DNA of 64,000 nucleotides from Squalus acanthias (Eukaryota). The notes below the pieces were generated by a model. The model searched no databases, was not told the origin of the DNA, and saw only the letters and a list, made by a program, of their open reading frames with translations. Location of the stretch: contig CM059433.1 of the NCBI GenBank assembly GCA_030390025.1, positions 9,426,001 to 9,490,000 on the forward strand, read 5' to 3'. A program made the position numbers and the translations under genes. Below are positions 13,016 through 25,885 of the stretch, one piece after another (the stretch's first letter is position 1; the number at the start of each line of letters is the position of its first letter).

Positions 13016-14256
13016 TTATATTATATCACTCAACTGATGATTGGGAGGAGGTCGACAGGGCAGGCCGTACCTGGCCATGTGCGAGTTACCTTGCTTTTCT
13101 AGATGATCCTCCAGATCAACAGGTAGATGTCACTGTCATGGCTGCACTGGAGCAGCTTCACTGGAGCAGCCTACCTGTGACAATGACTGGATCAAATTAC
13201 ACATTGCAGAGACTTTGAATTACACTCCAGCAGACAGGATCAAATTGCACATTCCAGACAAACTGTCGGGTGTGTCTTGTCCTCCAAGGGAACCAATCAG
13301 AAATCTGGTCCAACCCACTTGTGGTACAAATAAACACAGCCCTATTTGGTGACCGAAAAAATCCACCAAGTAGCGTAATAGCTCCTCTATTGTTTCTTAA
13401 CTCCAACCAAATAGATTCTCAAGGACATTCTCTCTTTCTAATACTGTAATAATTTCCTTAATCAAAACTGCTACTCTTTTTTTCCTTCCCTATCTTTCCT
13501 GAATACCTTGTACACAGAAATATTCAGCATCCAATCCTCCCCTTTTATCACCACTACATCTTATTCCCATGAGGCTAATTGCACCTGCAGCTCACCGACC
13601 TTATTAACCACACTTTGTGCATTTACACACACGCACTCCAAACCTAACTTACACATTGGCCGGAATTTTCAGAGGGAAGAACGGGTAGGTTGGAGGCGTG
13701 GGGTGGGGGGGGGGAAGTGAAAGTTGAAAAAATGTGATCCCCGACCCCAGCCCGCCTCCAACCTGCCCTCTTTCACCTTTCACTCAGGCGGGATGGGGGG
13801 GGGGGGCGGCTACCAACCTGTTGCCAAGACCACACTCTATCAGCAATGATTTCGATGTAAATTAGGAGCGAGGCAGTGATAATCGCCACTCACTCCTGTT
13901 TATCTGATCTGAAATGAGGAGTGATGTTAATATAAACCTGAAGCTGTCGTCAGCACAGGTCTTCAATCCATGTCAGATAATGGCAATCCGGGGCAGTCCT
14001 TATCAAAGGTTCTTCTTTAGAACAATAATTACAGGTTAAATATTTCAGTAAATTCCTTATCGTCTCTATTGCAAAGAAGCTGAGGCAGAGACTCTGGCAT
14101 ATTTCAGGAGTTGATGAAACTTTAGCACCTAACCACCATCTATATAAGAAACAAAATATGAAAGAAAGAAACTAATCTTTCTATGTGTAACTTGAAAGAG
14201 AGCACTGAGAACCAAAAAGCTGAAATGGATGTTCTCCATTTTTCCTCTTGTAACAG

Positions 14257-14356
14257 GACACCAAGACTGCTGAACTCAGGTCAACCCAATGGCTTCTCCC
14301 ATCGAAAGATAAAAGTAGCCGTACGCAAACGAAGGTGTAACTACCAGTGCAACTAA
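14257..14356 (+). CDS. NUP153-like gene, last coding exon
   Basis: Pyrimidine tract plus taacag acceptor; phase 2 matches the previous exon. Encodes TPRLLNSGQPNGFSHRKIKVAVRKRRCNYQCN*, matching the NUP153 C-terminus GRKIKTAVRRRK. Stop TAA at 14354-14356. Confidence 0.85.
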
Positions 14357-14857
14357 GCTATCTAGTGTCTTGTCTTTACATGCCTTGCACACTGTCTTGT
14401 ACTGTTTCCATTCATTTAGCTTGCTGCTGTATCAATATAAACAAAAAGGGCACCCTCATTTTTTTTTTCTTGCTTCTTCCTGGTGTTTCAGATAAGTTTC
14501 ATGCGTTTGAAGATTATAGGGAGCTGATTGAGCAACTGAACTCTGCAATACCCAGGGCGAAATGATTCCATTTTACAAATGCTTGCTGCCAAAATTTATT
14601 GTAATATTAACAAGTTATGTGTATTTAGGTTTTGGGTCAGGAACTGGGAAAAGGGCTAACTCATTCCACTGGTGGAGGCTTTGGCCTCTCTTTCTCTCCC
14701 CCAGCACTCTACGTTTAAAGAGGTCCAGATGTACAAAAGGGTTTAGAAAATCAACTAATTGAATTTCACAAAAACAATTTTGCCATTGTCTGAGGAAGTG
14801 TTCAAATCAACAGCACATTTCTGACAGGCAAAGGTTACCTAATTAGAACACCAAAAG

Positions 14858-15445
14858 TTGTACAGGGCCTTGGTGAGACCACACCTGGAGTACCATGTGC
14901 AGTTTTGGTCTCCTTACCTGAGAAAGGATATAATTGCCATAGAGGGAGTGCAGCGAAGGTTCACCAGACTGATTCCTGGGATGGCAGGACTGTCGTATGA
15001 GGAGAGATTGGGTCGACTAGGCCTGTATTCACTAGAGTTTAGAAGAATAAGAGGGGATCTCATTGAAACGTATAAAATTCTGACAGGGCTAGACAGACTG
15101 GATGCAGGGAGGATGTTTCCCATGGCTGGGGGGTCTAGAACGAGGGGTCACAGTCTCAGGATACGGGGTAGGACATTTAGGACTGAGATGAGGAGAAATT
15201 TCTTCACTCAGAGGGTGGTGAACCTGTGAAATTCTCTACCACAGAAGGCTGTGGAGGCCGAGTCACTGAATATATTTAAGAAGGAGATAGATAGATTTCT
15301 AGACACAAAAGGCATCAAGGGGTATGGGGAGAGAGCGGGAATATGGTATTGAGATAGAGGATCAGCCATGATCATATTGAATGGCGGAGCAGGCTCGAAG
15401 GGCCGAATGGCCGACTCCTGCTCCTATTTTTCTATGTTTCTATGT
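14858..15445 (+). mobile_element. CR1 LINE 3' fragment, probably in the NUP153-like 3' UTR
   Basis: YRALVRPHLEY...RRNFFTQRVV; tail tctatgtttctatgt. Confidence 0.92.
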
Positions 15446-15801
15446 AACTAATTGCCCACATTTATTTAAGAGGGTCTAATATGGATTTCAGTAATGTACA
15501 ATTGTTGCTCTACTTGATGCAGTGGTTTGGCTGTATAGACAATATGGTTGGCTTAAATGAACTGAACCCAGCTTAATGAGGAGATCATTCATAAATAGTT
15601 ATGTGTATTTTTCAAAATAGGACACAAATAACAATTAATGCAAAAATATGGATATTTCTATCGCTGCAAATTGTTTCTGTCAACACTCTGTGGGTTTGGG
15701 GGATGTTATTTCCTGTTTACAGTGTAACAAAGTTCATGCTGAGGAAAATATGGCTACTTGTCATAATGCAAGGTGATTACTTTGTGCAAATAGTAATATT
15801 C

Positions 15802-15807
15802 AATAAA
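15802..15807 (+). terminator. Candidate polyadenylation signal of the NUP153-like gene
   Basis: AATAAA at the end of an AT-rich UTR-like stretch, followed by T-rich sequence. Confidence 0.4.
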
Positions 15808-15987
15808 TAGCATTAAATTGCTTATAGCTAGTTTATTTTCGCTTATTTTTAATGCATACGAATGCTTGTATTATATCTGTTCAATTCCTTTCAGCACTTC
15901 TGAAATTCCTGATTTGCCCATACGTTTATACCAATAATGTATTTCTACATTGAGGTACTTTCTACACTTTAACCATTTTACAGAGAA

Positions 15988-16478
15988 AGCCTTTCTACCA
16001 TCTACAAGGCACAAGTCAGGAGTGTGATGGAATACTCTCCACGTGCCTGGATGAGTGCAGCTCCAACAACACTCAAGAAGCTCGACACCATCCAGGACAA
16101 AGCAGCCCGCTTGATTGGCACTCCATCCACCACCTTAAACATTCACTCCCTCCATCACCGGCGTACCGTGGCTGCAGTGTGTACCATCTACAAGATGCAC
16201 TGCAGCAACGCGCCAAGGCTTCTTCGGCAGCACCTCCCAAACACGCGACCTCTACCACCTGGAAGGACAAGGGCAGCAGGTGCATGGGAACACCACCACC
16301 TCCAATTTCCCCTCCAAGTCACACACCATCCTGACTTAGAAATATATCAGCCGATCCTTCATCGTCGCTGGGTCAAGAAGGCGGCTCACCACCACCTTCT
16401 CAAGGGCAATTAGGAATGGGCAATAAACGCTGACCTTGCCAGCGACGCTCACATCCCATAAACGAATAATTTTAAAAA
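15988..16478 (+). mobile_element. Non-LTR retrotransposon 3' fragment (CR1/L2/jockey group, clade unresolved)
   Basis: YKAQVRSVMEYSP..W...LDTIQDKAAR C-terminal ORF2 motif with an A-rich end. Several copies in the window. Confidence 0.8.
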
Positions 16479-16964
16479 ATCAATTGAGGGCTCGACCCTA
16501 ATAGCACCTCTGTTAACACACAGTAAGTTTGCAGTTTGATCAAATGGGATTGGAGTGTCTGCACCTTTAATGTCCTGAGTATCTGCACCGTTGACCATTA
16601 TTCTCTGCTTTCTATCTCAGCCAATTTTGTATCCATGCAGCCTCTGCTCCTTTAATCCCATGGGCTTCAGTTTTGCCAACAAGTCTATTATATACTTCCA
16701 TCAAACGCCTGTGAGTTTGGATGTGAACGAGCAGCCTGAATTGATTCCGTACTCCCATCCCTTCCTGCGAGTAAGTGTATGGCGTCTGCTGAACAGTCAG
16801 GTTGTGGTTGCAAACCCACGCTAGAGCACACCAAGATCCAGCATGTTGGAACGCCAATGTGATGTCAGTATAAGTCACATCCCTAATGTGTTTTGTTTCA
16901 GGGTTTTTTTTAAGACGTTTTACCACAGCAACGATTTGGAAATGAGTTAAATTTAATTTTTTTT

Positions 16965-17577
16965 AAATTCGCTTATGGGATGTGGGCGTCGCTGGCAAGG
17001 CCAGCATTTATTGCCCATCCCTCATTGCCCTCCAGAAGGTGGTGGTGAGCCGCCTTCTTGAACCGCTGCAGTCCGTGCTGTTGGGGAGGGAGTTCCAGGA
17101 TTTTGACCCAGCGACGATGAAGGATCGGCGATATATTTCTAAGTCAGGATGGTGTGTGACTCGGAGGGGAACTTGGAGGTGGTGGTGTTCCCATGCACCT
17201 GCTGCCCTTGTCCTTCTAGGTGGAAGAGGTCGCGGGTGTGGGGAGGTGTTGCCGAAGAAGCCTTGGCGAGTTGCTGCAGTGCATCTTGTAGATGGTACAC
17301 ACTGCAGCCACGGTACGCCGGTGGTGGAGGGAGTGAATGTTTAAGGTGGTGGATGGGGTGCCAATCAAGCGGGCTGCTTTGTCCTGGATGGTGTCGAGCT
17401 TCTTGAGTGTTGTTGGAGCTGCACTCATCCAGGCAAGTGGAGAGTATTCCATCACACTCCTTACTTGTGCCTTGTAGATGGTGAAAAGGCTTTGGGGAGT
17501 CAGGAGGTGAGACACTCGCCACAGAATACCCAGCCTCTGGCCTGCTCTTGTTGCCACAGTATTTATGTGGCTGGTCC
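16965..17577 (-). mobile_element. Same LINE family as 15988-16478, opposite strand
   Basis: ORF 17216..17557 (YKAQVRSVMEYSPLAWMSAAPTTLKKLDTIQ). Confidence 0.85.
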
Positions 17578-17793
17578 TCTTAATTGGCCGGCAAGCCCGC
17601 AGGGCATGGTGTGTTTTAAATCAAAGTGGTTTCATGTAGTTTTAAAAGTTTCTTCGCAGTCACATACTGCAGCTGCTGAGACGAAGAGCAACTTATTTGT
17701 TAAAGGGCCAAGCACTGACGATGTGTATTAAAGGTAGACGGACCAGTTTATAGAATGTCACCAGTCACACATTACTTCAAACTGAGACAATAA

Positions 17794-18665
17794 GGGCTGG
17801 ACTTTGCCTGCCGAGACGAGTTGGGGGCGGGACTGCTGCCTTCCGGGTTCTAGTCCCGCCCCCAGCGTTGTCCGACACACAGACGCTATTTTCCCCTGAT
17901 GGGCCTTGTTAAGTCCGCCCCGCGGGCTTGCCGGCCAATTAAGGGAAAGCTGGTGTCAGATGACGTCAGTTGATGACGCATCAGCTGCCGGTTTTCTTAA
18001 AGGGGCCACGCACAATTTTTTTTGACAGCTGATTTGACAGCACCTCAATGCTGTCAAACACTGTCAAATCAGCTGACAGCATTGAGGTGCTGTCAAACAC
18101 TGACAATCACTGTACAAAGGTGAGCCCTTGCACCCATACTCTCCAATGACTCTCTCCTTAGGATAAAACAGATGGCAGCTGCAGGGTGAGGGTACAGAAG
18201 CGATCTGTCACTTCTCCCAATGAGGTGAGGCCACACACACGTCAAAGTTTGTCACCTACAGAAAAACCTAAACACATTAAAAATGACTTTCCCAACATTT
18301 CCTTACCTCTGATACTCACCAGTGTCCCATTGCATCCTTCACACCACTTCTGCAGCTGTCGTCTATACACAAACATTACAACAGACCCACAGCACGCCTC
18401 ACTTACCCTGGTGGGGTTCCCCGACGTCGAGAAGCCCGCAGCAGAAGTCTCAAAATGGGAAAAAGCCTCTTAACTGCCTGTTTACTACCTGTTAACAGGC
18501 AGTTAAGTGGCTGTAATCCTCTTCCCACCGCTAGGAGTTGGGTCCCTGTGCAAATCGGGTACCCGACTCCCAGGAAGATTGGTTGGAGGCGGGTTGGGGA
18601 CCCGCTCCCATTCTTTTTGATTTTCCCAGCAGTCCTGCCTCCTCAGGGTTGGCAAAATCCAGCCC
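17794..18665. mobile_element. PIF/Harbinger non-autonomous element
   Basis: TIR GGGCTGGACTTTGCC / GGCAAAATCCAGCCC (14/15). TAA duplication at 17791-17793 and 18666-18668. Confidence 0.88.
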
Positions 18666-18777
18666 TAAGAGTCAGTTGACTAATCCCAGATTCACTGAAT
18701 CGTGATGGCCCTGTTCATTTTGACAATAGGCAGGAGAGGGTTTCTCGGAATCCATACCTCAAGGCATGGGGGTGGGC

Positions 18778-18880
18778 AGTTCTGATGAAAGGTCATCGAC
18801 CTGAAAGGTTAACTCTCTCTCTCTCTTCACAGATGCTGCCTGACCTGCTGAGTATTTCCAGCATTTTCTGTTGTTCCTAT
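18778..18880 (+). mobile_element. Solo Penelope-type terminal repeat with variant hammerhead
   Basis: AGTT-CTGATGA-A-AGGTCATCGACCT-GAAAGGTT-AACT followed by the conserved terminal repeat tail. Confidence 0.65.
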
Positions 18881-19327
18881 TATTACGCCTGCTGTTGTAT
18901 ATTTAGATATTGGGCGGTACAGGCACACTTCCGAATGTAAGGCACTTGAAACTCTTACAAGAGTGGCCAGTACTACTGAAGCACAGAGAATCGCTGGAAT
19001 GTAATGACGGGGCACAAAACGGGTGATATAAGATCGGCCGCCCGTTATCCGCCCAGCCCAATTTTCCTTTCCATTGAAGTTGCCTTTCAGGGAAGGGACA
19101 TGCCACGTGTCTACCTGGTCTGATCTACATGTCACTCCAGTCTCACATTATGTGGTTAACTCCTAACGCCCTCCGGGAAACATTGGGTGGGCAATAAGTA
19201 CTGCCTTTCCCAAAAACAACAAAAATCAATTCCTCGTGCAACGTAGATTGAACACTTTTTTTAATTTCAGAGATTTCCATACAATAAAATCGATGCACAA
19301 ATAATAGTTGGATGGATGTATTTTAAG

Positions 19328-19333
19328 TTTATT
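19328..19333 (-). terminator. Candidate CMPK2 polyadenylation signal
   Basis: AATAAA on the minus strand about 440 nt after the stop, at the end of an AT-rich UTR-like stretch. Confidence 0.55.
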
Positions 19334-19768
19334 CATTACAAAATATAACCAGACTACAGGATGATTACACATAACAGAAGTACTCAATACAAAGAGATAA
19401 AATATATTTGTTATGTACACTGTTTACTGCAGAGCAGGTTAAGGCACTGCAGACCTATTAGGTGTGGGTGCGATGTTTTACTAGAATGAAACTTGATGCA
19501 ATTTCTAAAATCTGAAATATGTTAAGCAAAAAGTAATTCTAAAATTAGTTGAATAGACCATTCCCATCCCTGACATCACTGGCACGATAACCAGAAAGGA
19601 GTTGCAAGGCACTCTGGGGTAGCAAACTTACTTCAGTGTTTTGCATGATTCAACCTCAAATTACTCTGTTTGTGTGAAGTTGGTGCCCTGTTACAGTGTA
19701 CTAAATAAAGGCATGAAATGTATTTTAGTGTGAAAATGATTGCAGCTCAGATTCTCCAATGTGTGAAG

Positions 19769-19898
19769 TCAAGTTCTTTCAATGCCACAGTATCTTTCGA
19801 TCACAAGAAGAGCATTTTTGAGGACCTCTTCCTTTGAAGCACTGGCATCGACTACGACACAAGCTGGATTCTCCATTCTTCTGTAAGTTGCTTCCACC
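19769..19898 (-). CDS. CMPK2: CMPK2 exon 5 (last coding exon)
   Basis: aatag| acceptor. VEATYRRMENPACVVVDASASKEEVLKNALLVIERYCGIERT*, stop TGA at 19771-19769. Joined CDS 618+115+202+234+130 = 1299 nt (432 aa) with no frameshift. Confidence 0.95.
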
Positions 19899-21402
19899 CT
19901 ATTGTGGAAAAAGATTAGAAGCACATTTTAAAGAAAGGTTAACACAGTTCTTGGTACAAACCATGACATTTGTTTTGAGTTGGTCAGTTCCTGTCAGCAA
20001 ATAAGTAACCTGGAAGTTTCAATATTATGATCTTCTGGTTTTTGTGGTTCGGAATCTGGTCCTTAGTTTCATCTTCAGTACCTGGAGCTAGCGTCTAAAC
20101 TATGCTGCAAGTGACTTGAGGGTACTTTACTGAGTCACCCACCGCAAAGGCTATGGAGGTTCTCCTGGTCTGCAGTAACCTCAGCAGGAGACCACGGAAT
20201 TACAGGACCAAAGTGGTTCTCTTTAAAGAGTAACATCCTACTGTTACCTTATCCGTGAAGGTTTGACTGGCAAATGCACCCCCCAGGAGTATTCAGAACC
20301 TCACAACCACTGAGAAGATGATGGCGGCTCTAATTGTGAGGCTAGCTACGGAATTGCAAATGTTTATTATTGCACGAAAATAAACTTGGTCATCGAGGTA
20401 CAGTTTCAAACAAATATTAGATACTGCTTTTGAAGGACTTGTTTGTGGCATTACTATTTTCATCAGCACTAACGAGCACAAGTTCACATGAAAGCATGGT
20501 GTGTGTCCTATAAATTGGTAGTGTATTTTTAATAAATCCTTATAAATGAAATTAGCTGGCACAGGCACGATGGGCTGAACTTGGGCCTATTTCTGTGCTG
20601 TATGATTTTATGATCAGCTGTTCCATAAACGTCAGCATGAATTATTTCTTCATATAATATAATCTCCTGTTGCATTGCTCACAGGTGCCTGGAATGCAGT
20701 CTTTGATTTTCTCCCAAGAGAAAAGACACAGTCCCAGCTGTTGCTGACTGACATCCTGCCGCCACTGTTGGAGTCGAGGGCCCAGCACTCAGCTGCTGCT
20801 CCAGTCTCCACGTGCTGAGTTATCAGTCCCCACAACACTCTGGACCAATCCCAATTGCAGAACCATTTCAATAAGAAAGCAAACAGGGACCCAACAATCT
20901 TAAAATGATCATAAATCATAAATCTACGTTTATATCGTACTCTTTATGTAACAACGTCCCAACACTTTACAAAGCTGGGAGGTGAACACTGAACTGGGAG
21001 TAATGGAATTGGGGAGGGGAAGAGTCGGAGAAGCAGTGGGTACATATTGCTGGAGTAGAAAGTCATGGAAGGATTCAAAAACAAGGACAGGGATCTTGGA
21101 ATGCTGGGACTACTTTGTTGCCCGCTAATGAATGCAAAATAAATTCCAGTAACAACAAGCTGTATTTATGTAGCATCTTTAGCGGAGAAAATCATCCCAA
21201 GGGGCTTCACAGAGACGTGGGAACAGATGCTGAGGCAAAGAAAGGACCCAATACTTGGTCAAAAAGGCGGGTTTAAGGAGCGTCAAACGAGGAGGTGGGG
21301 GGGTGAAGAGGCAGAGTAAGTAGTATATTCTGGATAAGTCCTAAGCAAATAAGCCAAAAATGGCTGCACTGTCTCCTCCATTTTAAGTAACAGCTGCCTT
21401 AC

Positions 21403-21636
21403 TTTTGTCGAAATAGACTGTTTGCTTCCAGCTCGATTTCTTCCTTTGTCCTCATCTCTCCTCTTTGTTCCAAGCGACGGACTCTCTCCTCTGCACTGAT
21501 GGTGAGCAGCAGCACCAAATCTGGTTGAACTAGATCCTGGGGCCACTGGTACAATTCATGGTGAGGAGGAGGGAGGTTCTCCACCTTTCCACTGACCTCT
21601 GTTGCGATTGCATAAGCTGCAGTGCTATGCCAGAAT
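21403..21636 (-). CDS. CMPK2: CMPK2 exon 4
   Basis: 234 bp, ctag| acceptor, aa|gtaagg donor. FWHSTAAYAIATEVSG...YQWPQDLVQPDLVLLLT...ELEANSLFRQK. Confidence 0.97.
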
Positions 21637-22175
21637 CTAGAACATAACACAACATACCCATTCCTTATTAAGACATACCGTATCTATAAAAAATATAAGA
21701 TGAGTTTGGTAACTTGTGAGAAAGATTGACAATAATTTGTGCAATTGATATTCTTGATGAATGTCTTAACCTAGCAAAGCTGATCACCTTCTTGTGATCT
21801 TAGTTCAGAATAGTTTAACCTACACTGTCAACAAGGCCCAGCTTCTTTGTTGTCTTCATGGAGGCCTGTCGTTAAATGGAATAAGCGCTACCAATTTACA
21901 CAGGGTTATGTTCTGCTTTGTCAAAAGACGTATTGACAAGTGTCAGTGTATCTAATCATGTAATTTTTTAACATAAGAAACCAGAAAACCTAACAAATAA
22001 TATCTAGCACAGTCTGCGAATTACATTTCATTGAATTTTTAATGGCTAGTTTTTGATGACTAGTTCATCAACTAAATAGCAACTGAATTATCTTGTGAAA
22101 TTGCATCGTCTAGTTCAAAGAATAAGAAAGCTAGTCAATAAACTTATTGACAGCCAATTGGTCTCTACGCAACTC

Positions 22176-23300
22176 ATAGGATCAGGAGTAGGCCACTCAG
22201 CCCCTTAAGCCTGTTCCACCATTCAATTTGATCATGGCTGATGTGTTCTTATGTAGATGGAGTTAAGCCACAGAAGAAATAGGAGCAGGAGTCGGCCATT
22301 CGGCCCCTCGAGCCTGCTCCGCCATTCAATAAGATCATGGCTGATCTGATCTTGGCCTAAACTCCACTTTCCTGCCTGTTCCCCATAACCCTCGACTCCC
22401 CTGTAGCTCAAATATCTGTCAATCTCCGCCTTGAATATATTCACTGACTCCGCCTCCACAGCTCTCTGGGGTAGAGAATTCCAAAGATTCACGACCCTCT
22501 GAGAAAAGAAATTCCTCCTCATCTCCGTTTTAAATGAGCGACCCCTTATTCTGAAACCATGCCCCCTAGTTCTAGATACCCCCACGAGGGGAAACATCCT
22601 CCCTGTATCTACCCTATCAAGCCCCCTCAGAATCTTATATGTTTCAATAAGATCCCCTCTCATTCTTCTAAACTCCAATGAGTATAGGCCCAACCTTTCT
22701 TCATAAGACAACCCCCTCATCTCAGGAATCAACTGAGTGAACCTTCTCTGAACTGCCTCCAATGCAAGTATATCCCCCCTTAAATAAGGAGACCAAAACT
22801 GCAAGCGCCTTGGTTCCGTAATACCCTTGCCTAACAAAAATCTATCAATCTCAGCATCAACAACTTTTTGGGGGAGAGAATTCCAGATTTCCCTTATCGT
22901 TTGTGAAGAAGTGCTTCCTGACATCACCCATGAACAGCCTGGCTCTAATGTTAAGGTTCTGCCCCCTTGTTCTGGACTCCCCCCACCAGAGGAAATAGTT
23001 TCTCTCCATCTACCCGATCAAATTGTTTAATAATCTTAAACACCTCAATCAGATCACCCCTTAATCTTCTATACTCAAGGGAATACAAGCCTAGTCTAAG
23101 TAACCTGTCCTCATAATTTAATCCTTTTAGCCCCGGTATCATTCTAGTGAATCTGCACTGCACCCCCTCCAAGGCCGATATATCCTTCCTGAGGTACGAG
23201 GCCCGGAACTGAACGCAGTTACTCTAAATGGGGTCTAACCAGAACTTTACATCACTATAACATAACTTTTAAAGGCCAATATTGCATTAGCCTCATTAAT
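22176..23300 (-). mobile_element. Two nested CR1 3' fragments in CMPK2 intron 3
   Basis: A younger copy at about 22272-22802 interrupts an older copy. ORF 22232..22927 is a chimera of both. Confidence 0.85.
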
Positions 23301-24457
23301 TTTTTGAACCTGTCCATGAGCTATTTACTATCCTGAGGGAAATGTAAATATTTCATGATCCCCAAAAGTAATCAATCAAAATTCCAGAATATTCTTTAGC
23401 CCTCAGCTCTCCGCTATTCCCCCTGCCTTGATACCCTCTGCACTATGTTCCCCCTTCACTCCCCATGGCTCAAGAACCACGGATTATTTCTTTCAACAAT
23501 GCAACCCATCAGTACTCCCTTTAAACATCAATCCCATCTCCGACCTGACAATTGTCCAACTGCTTTTGCGAACTAATATCTCAGCCTCAAGTGCTTTTAC
23601 TAACAGCCGATTCTACATGCCCACTACTCTCGGTGGGAGATGTTTAGGTTCACTAGAAGCTGCTTTTCTGTTGGTCTTCTTTAGCTGCTGACTCCTGTGA
23701 CACGGGTCTTTCTGTAGTTTGCAGAAACGTTAAGATAAACTTCCTAGCAGCCCGGAAGATCTGTTTCCTATCGAGTCTTCCTGGGACCAGTAAGCAAACT
23801 GTTCTGACTGCAGCATTACATCATGGCAGCGAGGTTCTCATGGAATTAGGTATATGAGAAGCTAATCACTTCTGCGACACGACATCATAATTGTCATTAC
23901 TTTCATATGCGCACCAGCCAGAATGCCAGAGCTAATTTGAGCATGTGTGGAATAGTGACCCCCAAAGTGTAGTAGGCTTACGTGAAGACAGGCTGCTCAA
24001 TCCGTAACTAAATGTGGGAGGATGGTGCAGTTAGCTTGCTCTCCAAAGACTTGGGCTCCAATATAAAAGTAGCTTTAGGCTTGTGAATCTTAAACCAATA
24101 TCCCTTAGTTCTGTGGTTATAGTAATCTTATCTTATCTTCATTGTTTTCCTAAATTTGCAGTGTTTGTGTTTCTGTACTAACCCTGGGAAAGGGATCACA
24201 TTAGAAGACTGTCTTTCCTTCCAGCAGAATTTCCATGTACTGCAGCAGTAATGATGCTGACAGCTAAGTGTGCTTAAGAACTTAACGAACAAGTGTATGT
24301 TGAAAGTTATAAATTCATCAGTTTCACTAGAGATCTACATTGTTAGTTCTTCACTGGACACCATTGAAAGTTACACGCCAATGGACCATCATTGGCTATC
24401 CATGAAGGTTATTCACTAATGACCACTCACTGGGTATTTCTAAAGGTTAAGACTTAC

Positions 24458-24659
24458 CGATCCACGATTACTGGAGTCTTTTCAGATTCACTTGCTATGG
24501 TGGCGGCAGTAATGTAATTACCCAAAGCATAAAAAGCCCGTCGAATGAGAGGTGGTTCTGCATCAAACGTTTCTCTCAAATGGCCAATGCCGTCTGGTGG
24601 GGCCTTCAGAAGTGTTGCTTGAATAGATTCCCTTAAAGCCTCAGTCAAAGTACTTTTTC
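24458..24659 (-). CDS. CMPK2: CMPK2 exon 3
   Basis: 202 bp, tag| acceptor, cg|gtaagt donor. GKSTLTEALRESI...IRRAFYALGNYI...PVIVDR is thymidylate-kinase-like. Confidence 0.97.
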
Positions 24660-25351
24660 CTATAGATTACCCCAATAAATATAAAGGGTTAAAAGCTGCT
24701 CCCATAACACACAATAGAGGAGTTCTATTTAATTGTTTGTTATTCAGTTGAAGTGCACGGGCTACATATAACCAGAGACTTCCACAACATTGAATGAGGA
24801 AAATATATAGGTTTTAAAATTCTACATGCTCCGCTACCCAACGGCCTAGTGGTTAAATGGATTATCTGGTGAGCTATATAAGCCAGAAGGTCCCAGGTGA
24901 GATTTAGTCGATCTGGGACAGCAGACACCACAACTGACCTCTAGACTAGGGAATGAAAAAATCAGCCAGGGTTCCCACTCTGATTCCTATCCAGCAACTC
25001 AGTAGAAGGCATGTATGTGTTTGTTGGGTGAGAAGAGAATGACAATCAGCTCTGAGGCCCTTTATCATTGAATAGCCTGCCAACACACACTATCTAGGCT
25101 CGTACAAACAAACGGGGCACTTGAGCGAGGTGTCCTAACATGAAAATACCTTTTGGAGAGGAGGGGGAGAAACTGGCAACTGTTCTGTCTCCCTCACGCC
25201 CACCCCGCACCCCCCCCACCCCGAGTATATCTGAGGAGCTGAATGCTATCATTGAAATGACTAAAATCTCATTTGCAAGGTCTACCTGAACAAATAGTGT
25301 TGTGATTTAATTTACTGATTTGTTTTACTTACATAACAATTCTGGGCACTT

Positions 25352-25885
25352 GTGTCCAATTCTGGGCACCACACTTTAGGAAGGATGTCAAGGCCTTGGA
25401 GAGGGGTACAGAGGAGGTTTACCAGGATGATAGCAGGGATGAGGGACTTCAGTTATGTGGAGAGATTGGAGAAACTGGGATTGTTCTCCTTGGAGCAGAG
25501 AAGGTTAGGGGGAGACCTAATAGAGGTATTCAAAATTATGAGGGGTTTGGATAGAGCAAGGAGGGAGAAACTGTTTCCTCCGGCAAGTGGGTCAGTAACC
25601 AGAAGTCACAAATTTAAAATAATTGGCAGAGAACTAGAGCGGCAATGAGAAGTTTTTTTCCACACGTAGGGTTGTTAAGACCTGGAACGCACTACCTGAA
25701 AGGACGGTGGAAGCAGATTCCATGGGAACTTTCAAAAGGCAATTGGACATGTACTTGAAGAGGACTAATTCGCAGGGTTCTGGGGAGAAAGCTGGGGTGT
25801 GAGACTACACTGGACAGCTCTTTCAAAGAGCCGGCACAGGCACGATGGGCTGAACGACCTCCTTCTGTGCTGTAAGATTCTATAA
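25352..25885 (+). mobile_element. CR1 LINE 3' fragment
   Basis: VQRRFTRM...LEKLGLFSLEQRRL motif and CR1 tail. Confidence 0.9.

Noticed and set aside
2983..14356. Assigning the symbol NUP153
   Set aside because: Only one zinc finger, a much reduced FG region and paralogous synteny; orthology is not established.
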